DNA of 64,000 nt from an uncultured Bacteroidales bacterium (GCA_963816345.1 CAWFKI010000005.1:2550053-2614052); one strand, 5' to 3'; positions 20,816-31,398 are shown, numbered from the stretch's first letter. A program made the numbers and translations. The notes: a model not told the origin generated them from the letters alone.

Positions 20816-21691
20816 TTAATTTTTTGGCATTATGACATAAGGTGCATTATTCAGGAAATCAATGCTTTTCTGGCAACTTGTATATTCGTCGAAATTATAC
20901 TCCTCGACTTCAACAATACCGTATTTCATTCCTGATTTTGCAGCATCTGCCCAGATAGCTTTAAAATCCATCATCCCGCTTGCACCAACCTCTGCTTTGT
21001 CTTTTATATGCCATAGTTCAAAACGACCGGGATATTTATTAAAATAATCAACCGGATTTGCTCCTCCCACAACAGTCCAGTAAAGATCCATCTCAAATAT
21101 GACCTTGGAGGGATCAGTGTTTGCAAGCATAAAGTCATAGACTGTCTGTCCGTCGATCTTTGTAGAGAACTCCTTATCGTGATTATGATACCCGAACTGA
21201 ATACCTTTTGCCTTGCACTTTTCACCTATCGCATTGAAATAATCGCAGTAACGTTTCAGCACATCCAGGCTCTGGTAGGCATCTCCGCCCATAAAAGGTT
21301 GTACCAGATATTTGACCCCCACAGCTGAATGAGCAGCTATACAGGCATCCCACCATTCCATTGTAGCAGCCCAGCCTGCGGAATCAGGTAGCGCCTGCCC
21401 GGCATGAGAACTCAATACGGGCATTCCTTTGGATTCACAAAGAGCCTTAAAAGCTTCCGGCGTCATGTCATAAAATTTACCATCCTTATATCCGGCCGGT
21501 TCAACAAACTTATAACCCATTTCGCTTACTTTGGCTATAGCTCCGGGTACATCCCTCATAATCGAATCGCGGATGGAGTATAACTGTAACCCGATATATT
21601 TTCCGGGCGCCTTGCATGAATTAAAAGTTGAACAAATGAGGCCTGTAACGGCAATCAGCATAAAAATCGCAAATAGACTTCTTTTTTTCAT
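20816..21691 (-). CDS. Xylose-isomerase-like TIM-barrel protein (sugar phosphate isomerase/epimerase family), lipoprotein
   Basis: Start moved to MKKRSLFAIFML...NSC. Family-typical motifs: GLQLYSIRD, FGYHNHDKEF, ELWHIKD. Confidence 0.7.
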   Translation of the reverse strand: MKKRSLFAIFMLIAVTGLICSTFNSCKAPGKYIGLQLYSIRDSIMRDVPGAIAKVSEMGYKFVEPAGYKDGKFYDMTPEAFKALCESKGMPVLSSHAGQALPDSAGWAATMEWWDACIAAHSAVGVKYLVQPFMGGDAYQSLDVLKRYCDYFNAIGEKCKAKGIQFGYHNHDKEFSTKIDGQTVYDFMLANTDPSKVIFEMDLYWTVVGGANPVDYFNKYPGRFELWHIKDKAEVGASGMMDFKAIWADAAKSGMKYGIVEVEEYNFDEYTSCQKSIDFLNNAPYVIMPKN

Positions 21692-21822
21692 TTTGATCAG
21701 GTTTTTAAAATTTGGTCTAAGATAATAATTATTTGCCACCGGGGCACCAGGACATAATTTTACTAATCACAGGTAACTGAAAAGCTGTTAAAAAATAAGT
21801 AACCTTTGATCGATCCTGAAAT

Positions 21823-24421
21823 TCACTCACTTATGAATTTGTATTCTGGTATCAGGATTGGCCGGCCTTTTTCGGCATTGCAGATCATTGCATTTTTCTT
21901 ATCGCCTTCAGAGTTGCCAGGGTAATCTGAAGATGCGACATGAACGTATGGATTCATCTTGGTTATGAAGATAAGAGCCCGCTCCCGTGCCTCTTCCGAG
22001 AATTTTGCAAACTGCGGATAAACCAGTCTGATAATTTCACCCAGTTCCGTTTGTTTTGAGTAGATAACTCCTTTTTGTCCCGCACCGCTATTCTCATCCG
22101 GGACTATAACAACAACCCCGCCGGAAGGGATCCAGTTCAGCCAGTTCATCTCTTCCCCTGCATTTTTTTCACTCCCCCGTCTGATAATCAGGTCGGTATA
22201 GTATCTTCTTAAACTTTCCTTAAATAGCGGAGGCAGCTTTGTTTTTTGTATATATCCTGAAATCAGCCGGCAGTTATTATAATGATCAATATTGAAATTA
22301 TAATCTTCAGCTGAAATCCTGCCTCTGTAATTCACCATCTGATTTGAAAAAAGATCAACCAGGACTTTAAATTCAGTGGATAATGTATCCGGCAAATGAT
22401 TATTTTTCAGGATAAAGCTCCTGATGCCCCTTGAATAGCCTTTTTTATCCGATGCTCCCGAAATGAGATTCTCCGATGTCCGGACAATCTCTTCAGGAAC
22501 CGCATCCAGCCTGTCAGGATTAAGTATTATCCCCGTAACCGGTTTCCTGGTTTCATCGTCTAGCTTCGGTTCGGTTATAACTGAACTGCCGGAATGGATC
22601 TCTTCAGCATCGATTTCAATTGAACCCGAAGCCAATCCGCTCGAAAAAACTGTCACTCTGATCCTGCCGGGTTCCCCCGTCGACCTGATAAGGTTTATCG
22701 CCGGGGTCCCAGTATACCATGAATGATAAGCGCTTCTTTCCATATCCATGGCAGGCTCATAGAAGGCCGGTCCTACCAGCCTGGCGGGCCCGGAGACTTT
22801 CCAGCTGAGTATATTGGGTGCCCCGGCTACATTATTTCCTCCTGAATCAAGGATATCGGCCTTTATTATTACAACTGACCCGCGATCGGCTCCTGTTTTC
22901 CCGTGTGATGCGGAGAGGAGTATCCTTGAAGGTTCTCCGTCCTTTGAAGCTACAGGCCCGGAGGTGTGATTTTTATCTCCGAAATTAAAATATTCCAGCG
23001 ATGAATCTGTCTTTACCGGTAAAGTGCTGACAATCCGTGCCGGATCTTCAGACATGGCAAATTTTACATTTGCCGTGTCATCAGGCTCATAACTCACATT
23101 CCATAACACTATGCTGGCGAAATTGCGGTCGCGGCGGATCATTTCCCTGATCTGCATTCTCTGTTCTTCAGGAGAGAAACCCGACTTTGAGACTGCACTG
23201 AAATCTTCGGCGGCTATTATTCCGTATTTATCAGTAAGCTCAAATACAAGTTTATTTTCAGGAAAATTTTCTGTCCTGATGAAGTTAAATTTCATTGCTC
23301 TCTTCAAATCCGCCAGGTCCATTACAGTCATCCAATCAGGTACCGCTGCTCCCAGCCAGGGGTATTGCTGATGCCTGACAGCACCTTTCAGAGCGATTTG
23401 TTTCCCGTTAAGATAGAGCGTATCGCGCATTTTACTCAGACTGAACCATCTGAAACCAAATGTACCTGACAGGGAATCTGCCAGTTCTCTTTTGTCAAAG
23501 ACTTCAGAATGAACCGTATAGAGATAGGGATCCTTATCTGACCAGAGGTGAGGATCCTTTACGGGCCTGGAGGTCTGATCGAACATAAATAATTTTCCTG
23601 GCTCAATGGTAGCTTCTGTTTTCATTACCTGAACAGTCTGACCTTTCCGGTCGGAGAGAGTGGTCTGAAGCAGGCAGTTTTTTGCAAGGGAATTATCATT
23701 CTTCACCCAGGTAATCACCTTTACAATACCCTCTTTTTCCGAAACAACCGGGGTGGTAATGCAGGTACCTCCTTCATGCACTGCCGATCCCTGCATTGGA
23801 ATATGGAGCTTATTCCTGATGGAAATAGTCACATTCCGGAATATCCCGCAGGAAGTATTATAATTCCCCTCGGAAAGAGGATGAATCCTGAACTCATCTT
23901 TTGGAAGGTCAATTACTGCTACTGCCAGCACATTCGTCCATCCCGGGCTTAAGAGAGGCAGTTATATCAAAATCGAAAGAACCGTACCCTCCTTTGTGAT
24001 CACCAAGGTAGATGCCATTAAGCCATACTTTGCAGTATTTCTGAACACCTTCAAATTCAATGAAAACCTTGCTGTCAGTATACTCGCTGACTGTTGAGAA
24101 ATGTTTGCGGTACCAGCCCCACCCTTTCCACCAGTATGTCTCTCCGGTCTCTCCCGGACACCTTGTAAAGGGACGCACCTCGCCGGTTGTCTCAAAGCTG
24201 TTCCAGGTATGAGGCAGGCTTACAGCAAGCCATTTTGAATCACTGTATACCGGTGATTCGTAGCCTTTATCGGCTGTTGGTAACGGAAAATAGTTAAAGG
24301 TCCATTGAGAGTTGATCACCTGTTGAATTCTGCCGGATATGGCAGCATCAACCTGTTTTTTTTGCGCAACCGAAAATGCGGAACTGAAAAATAATGCAAG
24401 AAACAGTGCGATTACTTTCAT
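21823..24421 (-). pseudogene. GH2-like glycosidase with interrupted frame and a roughly 300-aa C-terminal extension of unknown function
   Basis: N-terminal ORF (24421-23909) ends ...FDFDITASLKPG. The C-terminal ORF (23931-21823) resumes with (N)VLAVAVID, the normal GH2 sugar-binding-domain continuation, so a frame change lies in 23909-23931. The catalytic region reads IRTENFP...IVLWNVSYEP. Confidence 0.75.
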
Positions 24422-24656
24422 TGCCAAAATCTTATAAGAGTGTACAAAATAAGAAAATATTATCATAAAGTATGACCTGTCCATGATTATTTCACAATAA
24501 TTTCCTTTATAATCTCTCTGTGTTAAGCTGGATTAATATCTTAAGCGCATTTCCGATGAATAAACGTATCCGTTCAAATTATATATTTATTTAATATTAA
24601 ATTACATATTTATTAATAAAAAAATACTTTTTGCTTCTATTAATGAATTGAATCTA

Positions 24657-24664
24657 TATATTTG
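24657..24664 (+). promoter_or_regulatory. Bacteroidetes-type -7 box (TAtaTTTG) for asnA
   Basis: TAnnTTTG match ending 19 nt upstream of ATG 24683. It overlaps the TTG start proposed in the ORF track, which argues for the ATG. Confidence 0.5.
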
Positions 24665-24682
24665 CTTCAAAAAGTAAAGAAT

Positions 24683-25720
24683 ATGTTACAGGAAGATATT
24701 CAGATGAGGGTCTCAGTTGTTTCGGGCAGATTGGAGACGGAGGAGGCTATTGGCTTTATCAAGGAAAAATTTTCAAAGAGGCTTGCGAGGAAGCTTAATC
24801 TGGTCTCCGTCTCAGCCCCCATTGCCGTTCTGGACGGGACAGGCATCAATGATGATCTGAACGGGATCGAGAAACCAGTTAGCTTCTCCATAAAAGGTAT
24901 GAACGGACATAAGGCGTCAGTTGTTCAATCTCTTGCAAAATGGAAGAGGCTTCGCTTGAAGGAATTTGAAATTGAACCCGGGATGGGCATCCTTACTGAT
25001 ATGCGGGCTTTAAGGCCTGATGAGGAACTGAGCCGGATACACTCGGTATATGTGGATCAGTGGGACTGGGAAAAACGCATCTTCCCCGAACAAAGGGTTC
25101 TGAATTATCTGAAGTCAACCGTTGAGAATATCTATGAAGCGATCAGGGCCACTGAAAGGGATCTCTTTGAAGCATATCCGGCGTTCGCTCCGGAATTGCC
25201 TGATAAGATATACTTTATACATTCCGAAGAACTTTTAAAGCAATTTCCGGATCTTACTGTCAAACAGAGGGAAAATGAAGTCGCACGTATTTTTGGTGCG
25301 GTATTTATTATCGGGATCGGGGCAAATCTCAGCAATGGTGAGCCTCATGATGGAAGGGCACCGGATTATGATGACTGGAGCTCATTAAATGAAGAAGGTT
25401 ATTCCGGACTCAATGGTGATATTATCCTGTGGAATCCGGTTCTGAACTCTGCTTTTGAGATCTCTTCCATGGGAATACGTGTAGACAGCAAGGCAATGGA
25501 AAGACAGCTTGAGATAAGGGGATGTTCCGAAAGACGGAATCTTCTTTTTCACAGTATGCTTCTGAATGAACAGCTCCCTGCCAGTATCGGCGGAGGCATC
25601 GGACAATCAAGGCTTTGCATGTTCTTTCTGAAGAAGCTGCATATTGGAGAAGTACAGTCAAGTATCTGGCCGGACGGGCTTCTTCAGCAACATGACCGGA
25701 ATGAACTTAAATTACTTTAA
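24683..25720 (+). CDS. asnA: Aspartate--ammonia ligase (asparagine synthetase A)
   Basis: Colinear with E. coli AsnA: LAKWKR, ALRPDE...HSVYVDQWDWE, APDYDDWS, GLNGDI.LWNPVL...FE.SSMGIRVD, GGGIGQSRL. Confidence 0.93.
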   Translation: MLQEDIQMRVSVVSGRLETEEAIGFIKEKFSKRLARKLNLVSVSAPIAVLDGTGINDDLNGIEKPVSFSIKGMNGHKASVVQSLAKWKRLRLKEFEIEPGMGILTDMRALRPDEELSRIHSVYVDQWDWEKRIFPEQRVLNYLKSTVENIYEAIRATERDLFEAYPAFAPELPDKIYFIHSEELLKQFPDLTVKQRENEVARIFGAVFIIGIGANLSNGEPHDGRAPDYDDWSSLNEEGYSGLNGDIILWNPVLNSAFEISSMGIRVDSKAMERQLEIRGCSERRNLLFHSMLLNEQLPASIGGGIGQSRLCMFFLKKLHIGEVQSSIWPDGLLQQHDRNELKLL

Positions 25721-25774
25721 AGGGTTTATATATTTAAAAAATCTATCTTTTGCTTGTATTTTATAAAAAAATAT

Positions 25775-25782
25775 TACATTTG
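25775..25782 (+). promoter_or_regulatory. Bacteroidetes-type -7 box (TAcaTTTG) for the ilv-leu operon leader
   Basis: TAnnTTTG match ending 21 nt upstream of the leader ATG at 25803. Confidence 0.55.
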
Positions 25783-25802
25783 CATTCTGATTTAAAGAGA
25801 TT

Positions 25803-25865
25803 ATGCAGAAACATACAATAATATATATTATTATCCTCGTACTCCTCATTGCTCTGCGCAAATGA
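25803..25865 (+). CDS. ilv-leu leader peptide MQKHTIIYIIILVLLIALRK (attenuator sensor ORF)
   Basis: 20-codon ORF in which 11 of 20 codons are Ile (6), Leu (4) or Val (1). It sits between the -7 box and an intrinsic terminator directly upstream of ilvD. Confidence 0.7.
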   Translation: MQKHTIIYIIILVLLIALRK

Positions 25866-25899
25866 ACCGGGAATAATATGTAGTACTATAAACTTACAG

Positions 25900-25929
25900 A
25901 AGCTTTCCGGGAGACCGGGAAGCTTTTTT
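25900..25929 (+). terminator. Intrinsic terminator of the ilv-leu attenuator
   Basis: 11-bp stem AAGCTTTCCGG/CCGGGAAGCTT (one G-U), loop GAGA, T6 run, ending 17 nt before the ilvD ATG. CCGGGAA at 25867-25873 can alternatively pair with TTTCCGG at 25904-25910. Confidence 0.75.
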
Positions 25930-25945
25930 AATATGAATTCATAAT

Positions 25946-27772
25946 ATGAAAAATCAGCTCAGAAGTTCAAAGACCACCACCGGGAGGAATATGGCAGGGG
26001 CAAGAAGTCTCTGGCGTGCCAACGGTATGAAGCAGGAACAATTCGGAAAGCCTGTCATTGCAATTGTCAACTCATTTACTCAGTTTGTGCCGGGCCATGC
26101 CCATCTTCACGAGATCGGTCAGCTGGTAAAAAAAGAGATAGAAAAGGCAGGATTTTTTGCTGCTGAATTTAATACAATCGCAATTGATGACGGGATTGCC
26201 ATGGGACATGAAGGGATGCTTTATTCCCTTCCGTCCAGGGAACTGATAGCCGACAGCATTGAATATATGTGCAATGCTCACCTTGCGGATGCCATGATAT
26301 GCATAAGCAACTGCGATAAGATTACTCCCGGAATGCTTATGGCAGCAATGAGGCTGAACATTCCTGCGGTATTTGTATCCGGAGGTCCTATGGAAGCAGG
26401 GTTCCGCAATAATAAATATATCGACCTGATAGATGCCATGGTAGCAGCCGCCGATAATTCGGTAAGCGAAAATGACCTGAGCGAAATTGAAAAATTAGCC
26501 TGTCCAACCTGCGGTTCATGCTCCGGCATGTTCACGGCAAACTCCATGAACTGCCTTAATGAGGCGCTTGGCCTGGCCCTTCCCGGAAACGGAACAATAG
26601 TGGCCACACACGCGAACAGGATAAAGCTGTTTGAAAAAGCTGCCGCATTAATTGCCGATATGGCTGACAGATATTATAATAAAGGTGATGCCTCTGTTCT
26701 TCCCAGATCGATAGCCACAAGGGAGGCGTTTATGAATGCAATGTCGCTCGACATAGCGATGGGAGGATCGACAAATACCGTTCTGCATCTTCTGGCCATC
26801 GCAAATGAAGCCGGAGTTGACTTTACAATGAAGGATATCGATGAGCTCTCCAGGAAAATTCCTAATATCTGCAAGGTGGCTCCAAGTTCACAATATCATG
26901 TCCAGGATGTCAACCGTGCGGGAGGCATTCTTGGAATAATGGGAGAACTGGAACGGGCAAACCTTATTAACAGCAAAGTAGGACGAGTGGATTATGCCAC
27001 TCTCCGTGAAGCTGTCTCCGACTGGGATATCATGGGAGGAAAAGCTGTTCAGGAAGCAACAGAAGTATTCCGGAGCGCGCCTGCCATGGAGAAAAACCTG
27101 GTCATGGGATCGCAGAATACAAGTTATAAAGAGCTTGATACCGACAGGGAAAAAGGGTGTATCAGGTCCGTAACCCACGCATATAATCAGGACGGAGGTC
27201 TTGCAGTGCTGTATGGGAATATCGCCAAAAAAGGATGCATTGTCAAAACTGCAGGTATAGAAGAATCATTGTTTAAATTCTCAGGTGGTGCGGTGATTTT
27301 TGAATCACAGGAAGATGCTGTTGAGGGAATTCTTAACGGTACCGTAAAAGCCGGGGATGTTGTTGTAATTAAATACGAAGGTCCCAAAGGTGGTCCCGGA
27401 ATGCAGGAAATGCTATACCCTACCTCCTATCTGAAGTCAATGGGTCTTGACAAGAAATGTGCCCTTATAACTGACGGACGCTTTTCAGGCGGTACATCAG
27501 GCCTTTCTATCGGTCACGTCTCCCCGGAAGCTGCCTCGGGAGGAGAGCTTGCACTGATCAGAACAGGCGACAGGATTGAAATAGATATTACGGGAAGAAA
27601 GATAAATGTTATGTTATCTGAGGATGAACTTGATTCCAGAAGGGCTGCTGAATCATCCAAAGGGAACAGGGCATACAAACCTGAAAAACGTAACCGTATT
27701 ATCTCCTCTGCACTTAAAGCTTATGCAAAATATGTAAGTTCAGCAGACCTGGGAGCTATAAGGATGATATAG
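25946..27772 (+). CDS. ilvD: Dihydroxy-acid dehydratase
   Basis: 608 aa with IlvD/Edd family motifs throughout ([37 protein letters not shown]). Confidence 0.95.
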   Translation: MKNQLRSSKTTTGRNMAGARSLWRANGMKQEQFGKPVIAIVNSFTQFVPGHAHLHEIGQLVKKEIEKAGFFAAEFNTIAIDDGIAMGHEGMLYSLPSRELIADSIEYMCNAHLADAMICISNCDKITPGMLMAAMRLNIPAVFVSGGPMEAGFRNNKYIDLIDAMVAAADNSVSENDLSEIEKLACPTCGSCSGMFTANSMNCLNEALGLALPGNGTIVATHANRIKLFEKAAALIADMADRYYNKGDASVLPRSIATREAFMNAMSLDIAMGGSTNTVLHLLAIANEAGVDFTMKDIDELSRKIPNICKVAPSSQYHVQDVNRAGGILGIMGELERANLINSKVGRVDYATLREAVSDWDIMGGKAVQEATEVFRSAPAMEKNLVMGSQNTSYKELDTDREKGCIRSVTHAYNQDGGLAVLYGNIAKKGCIVKTAGIEESLFKFSGGAVIFESQEDAVEGILNGTVKAGDVVVIKYEGPKGGPGMQEMLYPTSYLKSMGLDKKCALITDGRFSGGTSGLSIGHVSPEAASGGELALIRTGDRIEIDITGRKINVMLSEDELDSRRAAESSKGNRAYKPEKRNRIISSALKAYAKYVSSADLGAIRMI

Positions 27773-27840
27773 CACGGGGCACAGGGCACAGAGCACAGGG
27801 CACAGAGCACAGAGCAAAGAGCACAGACTAGAGCATAGAG
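27772..27840. repeat. Tandem heptanucleotide array (GCACAGR)n
   Basis: GCACGGG GCACAGG GCACAGA GCACAGG GCACAGA GCACAGA GCAAAGA GCACAGA followed by a degenerate tail. It starts on the last base of the ilvD stop codon. Confidence 0.9.
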
Positions 27841-27885
27841 ATTACTAAGGGATAAAAAACAGGATATTAAGACAAAAATCGAAAT

Positions 27886-29626
27886 ATGAAGAGTGTAAAG
27901 GAAAAAGAACAGGCAACAGCACAAATTAACGGACTGGAGTGTATTACAGGTGCAGATGCCATAATAAGATGCCTCATTGAAGAGGGAGTTGATACTATAT
28001 TTGGTTATCCCGGCGGAGCTATCATGCCTGTATATGATAAGCTTCTTGATTATGAAGGTCAGATAAAGCATTATCTTACCCGTCACGAGCAGGGAGCAGC
28101 TCATGCAGCGCAGGCTTATGCCATGGTAAGCGGGAAACCGGGGATCTGCTTTGCAACATCAGGCCCGGGTGCTACAAATCTGGTAACAGGGATAGCAAAT
28201 GCGTTTCTCGACTCGGTTCCGGTTGTTTTTATTACAGCCCAGGTAGTATCGGGCCTCATAGGAACAGATGCTTTTCAGGAGACTGATATTATAGGTGTAT
28301 CGATGCCTGTGACAAAATGGAACTGCCAGATCAAGAAGCCACAGGATATACCTGAGACACTTGCAAAAGCTTTTTACATAGCAAAAACAGGCCGCCCCGG
28401 CCCCGTACTAATCGATATTACAAAAGATGCACAGATTGAGAAACTTGATTTCAGGTACTCCAAATGTGTCTCACTTGAGAAGCTATAATCCGAATATCCC
28501 CCTGCATACCAAGGCGATAGAATCGGCAGCAATAATCATCAACCATGCCGAAAGGCCTCTTATCCTTGCAGGACACGGAGTGCTTCTTTCCGGTGCAGAG
28601 AAGGAGCTTAAGGCATTTGCTGAGAAAACAGGCATACCTGTTGCGCTTACCCTCCTCGGGTTGTCTGCATTTCCATCCGACCACCGCCTCTTCGCCGGGA
28701 TGCTTGGCATGCACGGAAATTACGGCCCGAATCTGCTGACCAATCAGGCTGACCTCATAATAGCAATCGGAATGCGTTTTGATGACCGTGTTACGGGAAA
28801 TCTTAAAAAGTATGCAAATAATGCAACGATAATCCATATCGAGATTGATGAAGCCGAGATAAATAAAAATGTTGTGGTCGATGTTGAAATAAATAATGAT
28901 GCAAAGGAGGCTTTAACATATCTGACACGAATTGTGAAGGAGAACTCCTTTGAGAAATGGATCAGGGAATTCAGGATATGCGATAAAATCGAATACGATA
29001 AAGTTATCAAGCCTGAAACGAAACCAGAATCGGGTGAGATTAAGATGGGTGAGGTAATAAGACTGGTCTCCGAACATACAAAAGGAGATGCCATTATTGT
29101 AACGGATGTCGGACAACATCAGATGTATACTGCCCGTTACTATAAATTTAATAAACCAAACACACTTGTCACCTCGGGTGGAATGGGAACAATGGGTTTC
29201 GGCCTTCCTGCCGGGATAGGAGCAAAGATCGGAAGCCCGGAAAAGACTGTAATAGCATTCATAGGAGACGGTGGTTTCCAGATGACAATGCAGGAACTGG
29301 GAACAATATTGCAGTATGGCATTGCTCTGAAGATCATCATACTCAATAACAATTTCCTTGGAATGGTGCGCCAGTGGCAGGACATGTTTTTCGATAAGCG
29401 CTATGCCTCAACAGAACTGGTAAATCCGGATTTCGTTATGATAGCCAAAGCTTTCAGTATACCTTCAAAAAAAGTTACTCTGAGAGAAGACCTTAAAGAT
29501 TCCCTTATTGAGATGATAGACGCCGAGGGACCCTATCTTCTCGAAATAAAGGTGGAGAAGCAGGGAAATGTATTCCCAATGGTTGAACCGGGAAAATCAG
29601 TCTCGGAAATAAGATTGACTTATTAA
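27886..29626 (+). pseudogene. ilvB: Acetolactate synthase large subunit with an interrupted reading frame (authentic or sequencing artefact)
   Basis: ORF 27886-28488 (TPP-binding N-domain) ends ...[16 protein letters not shown] 28427-29626 in the +1 frame carries ...LRSYNPNIP...[10 protein letters not shown] and the rest of the enzyme. Removing one nt near 28477 would give a continuous ...[16 protein letters not shown]... protein. Confidence 0.85.
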
Positions 29627-29682
29627 CCCGCATTGCTGACAGCATGAGGGCAGAAAATCTTTAATATCAAAATTATATTACG

Positions 29683-30249
29683 ATGAAACAGGAATATACA
29701 ATATCGCTTTTCACTGAGGACCATATCGGTATCCTTGGACAGATAACAATCATACTTACCAGGAGGCAGATAAATATCGACAGCTTCAGCGCCTCCGAAT
29801 CAGCCGTAAAAGGGGTTCATCTTCTCACAATCGTTGTAAAAACAACAAGCGAGATGATCCAGAAAGTTGCAAGGCAGATGGAAAAGCTTGTAGATGTACT
29901 GAAAGTATTTGTGCATACATCCGACCAGATCATCTACCAGGAGATTGCACTGTTCAAGGTGACAACCAAGGGGCTGATGTCGGGAAACATCATTGACAAT
30001 ATAGTCAGGACTCATCATGCACGTATCCTTGAGGTATCACCCGAATACATTGTAATTGAAAAGACCGGTCACAGGACTGAAATTGCCGAATTGCTCAGCC
30101 AGCTCGAGCCGCACGGAGTGCTGCAGTTCGCCAAATCAGGAAGAATAGCGATAACAAAACAGGTTAAAGAGCTTAATTCATACCTTAAAGAGATGGATGC
30201 CGCTACCAGGCTAAAGCCTGAATCGCTGGACCTGCCACACAAAAATTAA
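29683..30249 (+). CDS. ilvN: Acetolactate synthase small (regulatory, ACT-domain) subunit
   Basis: 188 aa with an N-terminal ACT domain (ISLFTEDHIGILGQITIILTRRQINIDSF). Located between ilvB and ilvC. Confidence 0.88.
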   Translation: MKQEYTISLFTEDHIGILGQITIILTRRQINIDSFSASESAVKGVHLLTIVVKTTSEMIQKVARQMEKLVDVLKVFVHTSDQIIYQEIALFKVTTKGLMSGNIIDNIVRTHHARILEVSPEYIVIEKTGHRTEIAELLSQLEPHGVLQFAKSGRIAITKQVKELNSYLKEMDAATRLKPESLDLPHKN

Positions 30250-30326
30250 CTGCCGGGAAAACCAGTGTAAACTAATGACTATAAGAAAAATACCAGTATT
30301 AATCAAATATTTAATATTTAAAGATC

Positions 30327-31376
30327 ATGGCAAAAATTGATTTTGGCGGAGTAGTTGAGAATGTAGTTACAAGAGATGAGTTTCCACTCTCAAAAGCCCG
30401 TGAAGTGCTTAAGAATGAAATAGTAGCTGTAATTGGTTATGGCGTACAGGGACCTGCCCAGTCTCTTAATATGAGAGATAATGGAATAAATGTAATCATA
30501 GGACAGGCTCCGGAGTTTAAGGCCGACTGGGACAAAGCTGTAGCAGATGGTTTTGTACCGGGGAAAACTCTTTTCCCTGTTGAGGAAGCAGTAAAAAAAG
30601 GCACAATCATTCAGTACCTTGTTTCAGACGCAGCTCAGCGTATTCTCTGGCCAAAAGTCAAGGAATGCCTTAAGAAGGGCGATGCACTCTATTTTTCCCA
30701 TGGTTTTTCAATAACTTATAAAGAGCATACAGGGGTTATTCCTCCTCCTTATGTGGATGTTATACTCTGTGCGCCGAAAGGTTCCGGGACCAGTGTCCGC
30801 AGGAATTTCCTGGCAGGTGCAGGAATTAACTCCAGCTTCTCAGTCTTTCAGGATTATACCGGAAGAGCTGAAGAACGCACCATTGCACTTGGTATAGCAA
30901 TTGGTTCAGGTTACCTCTTCCCGACAACTTTTGAACTTGAGGTTTTCAGCGATCTGACGGGTGAACGGGGAGTTCTGATGGGTGCCCTTGCCGGCATTAT
31001 GGATGCACAGTACAAGGTACTTCGCGAGAATGGTCACAGCCCTTCGGAAGCATTTAACGAAACTGTTGAGGAGCTCACCCAGAGCCTGATACGGCTCGTC
31101 GATGAGAACGGCATGGACTGGATGTATTCCAACTGCAGCGCTACTGCCCAGCGTGGAGCCCTCGACTGGCGTCCGAAATTCATGGCTGCAACACTTCCCG
31201 TTTTCAAGGAGCTCTATAGCAGGGTCAAATCCGGTGAGGAATGTGTCAGAGTGCTCAAATCCACCGGCGCTCCCAACTATAAAGAGATGCTCGACGGAGA
31301 ACTCAGGGAACTTGGCGATTCTGAAATGTGGAGAGCCGGAGCTGCTGTCAGGAAACTCAGGCCGCTGAAAAAATAA
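30327..31376 (+). CDS. ilvC: Ketol-acid reductoisomerase (class I)
   Basis: 349 aa with a Rossmann motif VIGYGVQGPAQSLNMRDNG and a C-terminal knotted-domain region. Confidence 0.93.
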   Translation: MAKIDFGGVVENVVTRDEFPLSKAREVLKNEIVAVIGYGVQGPAQSLNMRDNGINVIIGQAPEFKADWDKAVADGFVPGKTLFPVEEAVKKGTIIQYLVSDAAQRILWPKVKECLKKGDALYFSHGFSITYKEHTGVIPPPYVDVILCAPKGSGTSVRRNFLAGAGINSSFSVFQDYTGRAEERTIALGIAIGSGYLFPTTFELEVFSDLTGERGVLMGALAGIMDAQYKVLRENGHSPSEAFNETVEELTQSLIRLVDENGMDWMYSNCSATAQRGALDWRPKFMAATLPVFKELYSRVKSGEECVRVLKSTGAPNYKEMLDGELRELGDSEMWRAGAAVRKLRPLKK

Positions 31377-31398
31377 ACTGTTATAAACAACTGATAAA

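Noticed and set aside
24662-24682. TTG start for asnA as in the ORF track
   Set aside because: The TTG lies inside the TAtaTTTG -7 box, so it would be upstream of, or at, the transcription start. ATG 24683 gives an N-terminus that aligns with AsnA.
27721-28104. 127-aa minus-strand ORF with a [18 protein letters not shown] repeat
   Set aside because: The repeat peptide is just the translation of the (GCACAGR)n heptamer array. The ORF is antisense to the ilvD end and ilvB start and has no start context.
28455-28480. Programmed +1 ribosomal frameshift in ilvB
   Set aside because: There is no slippery or rare-codon shift site of the prfB type, no upstream SD-like stimulator (and Bacteroidota largely lack SD use), and no downstream structure. 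An indel is the simpler explanation.
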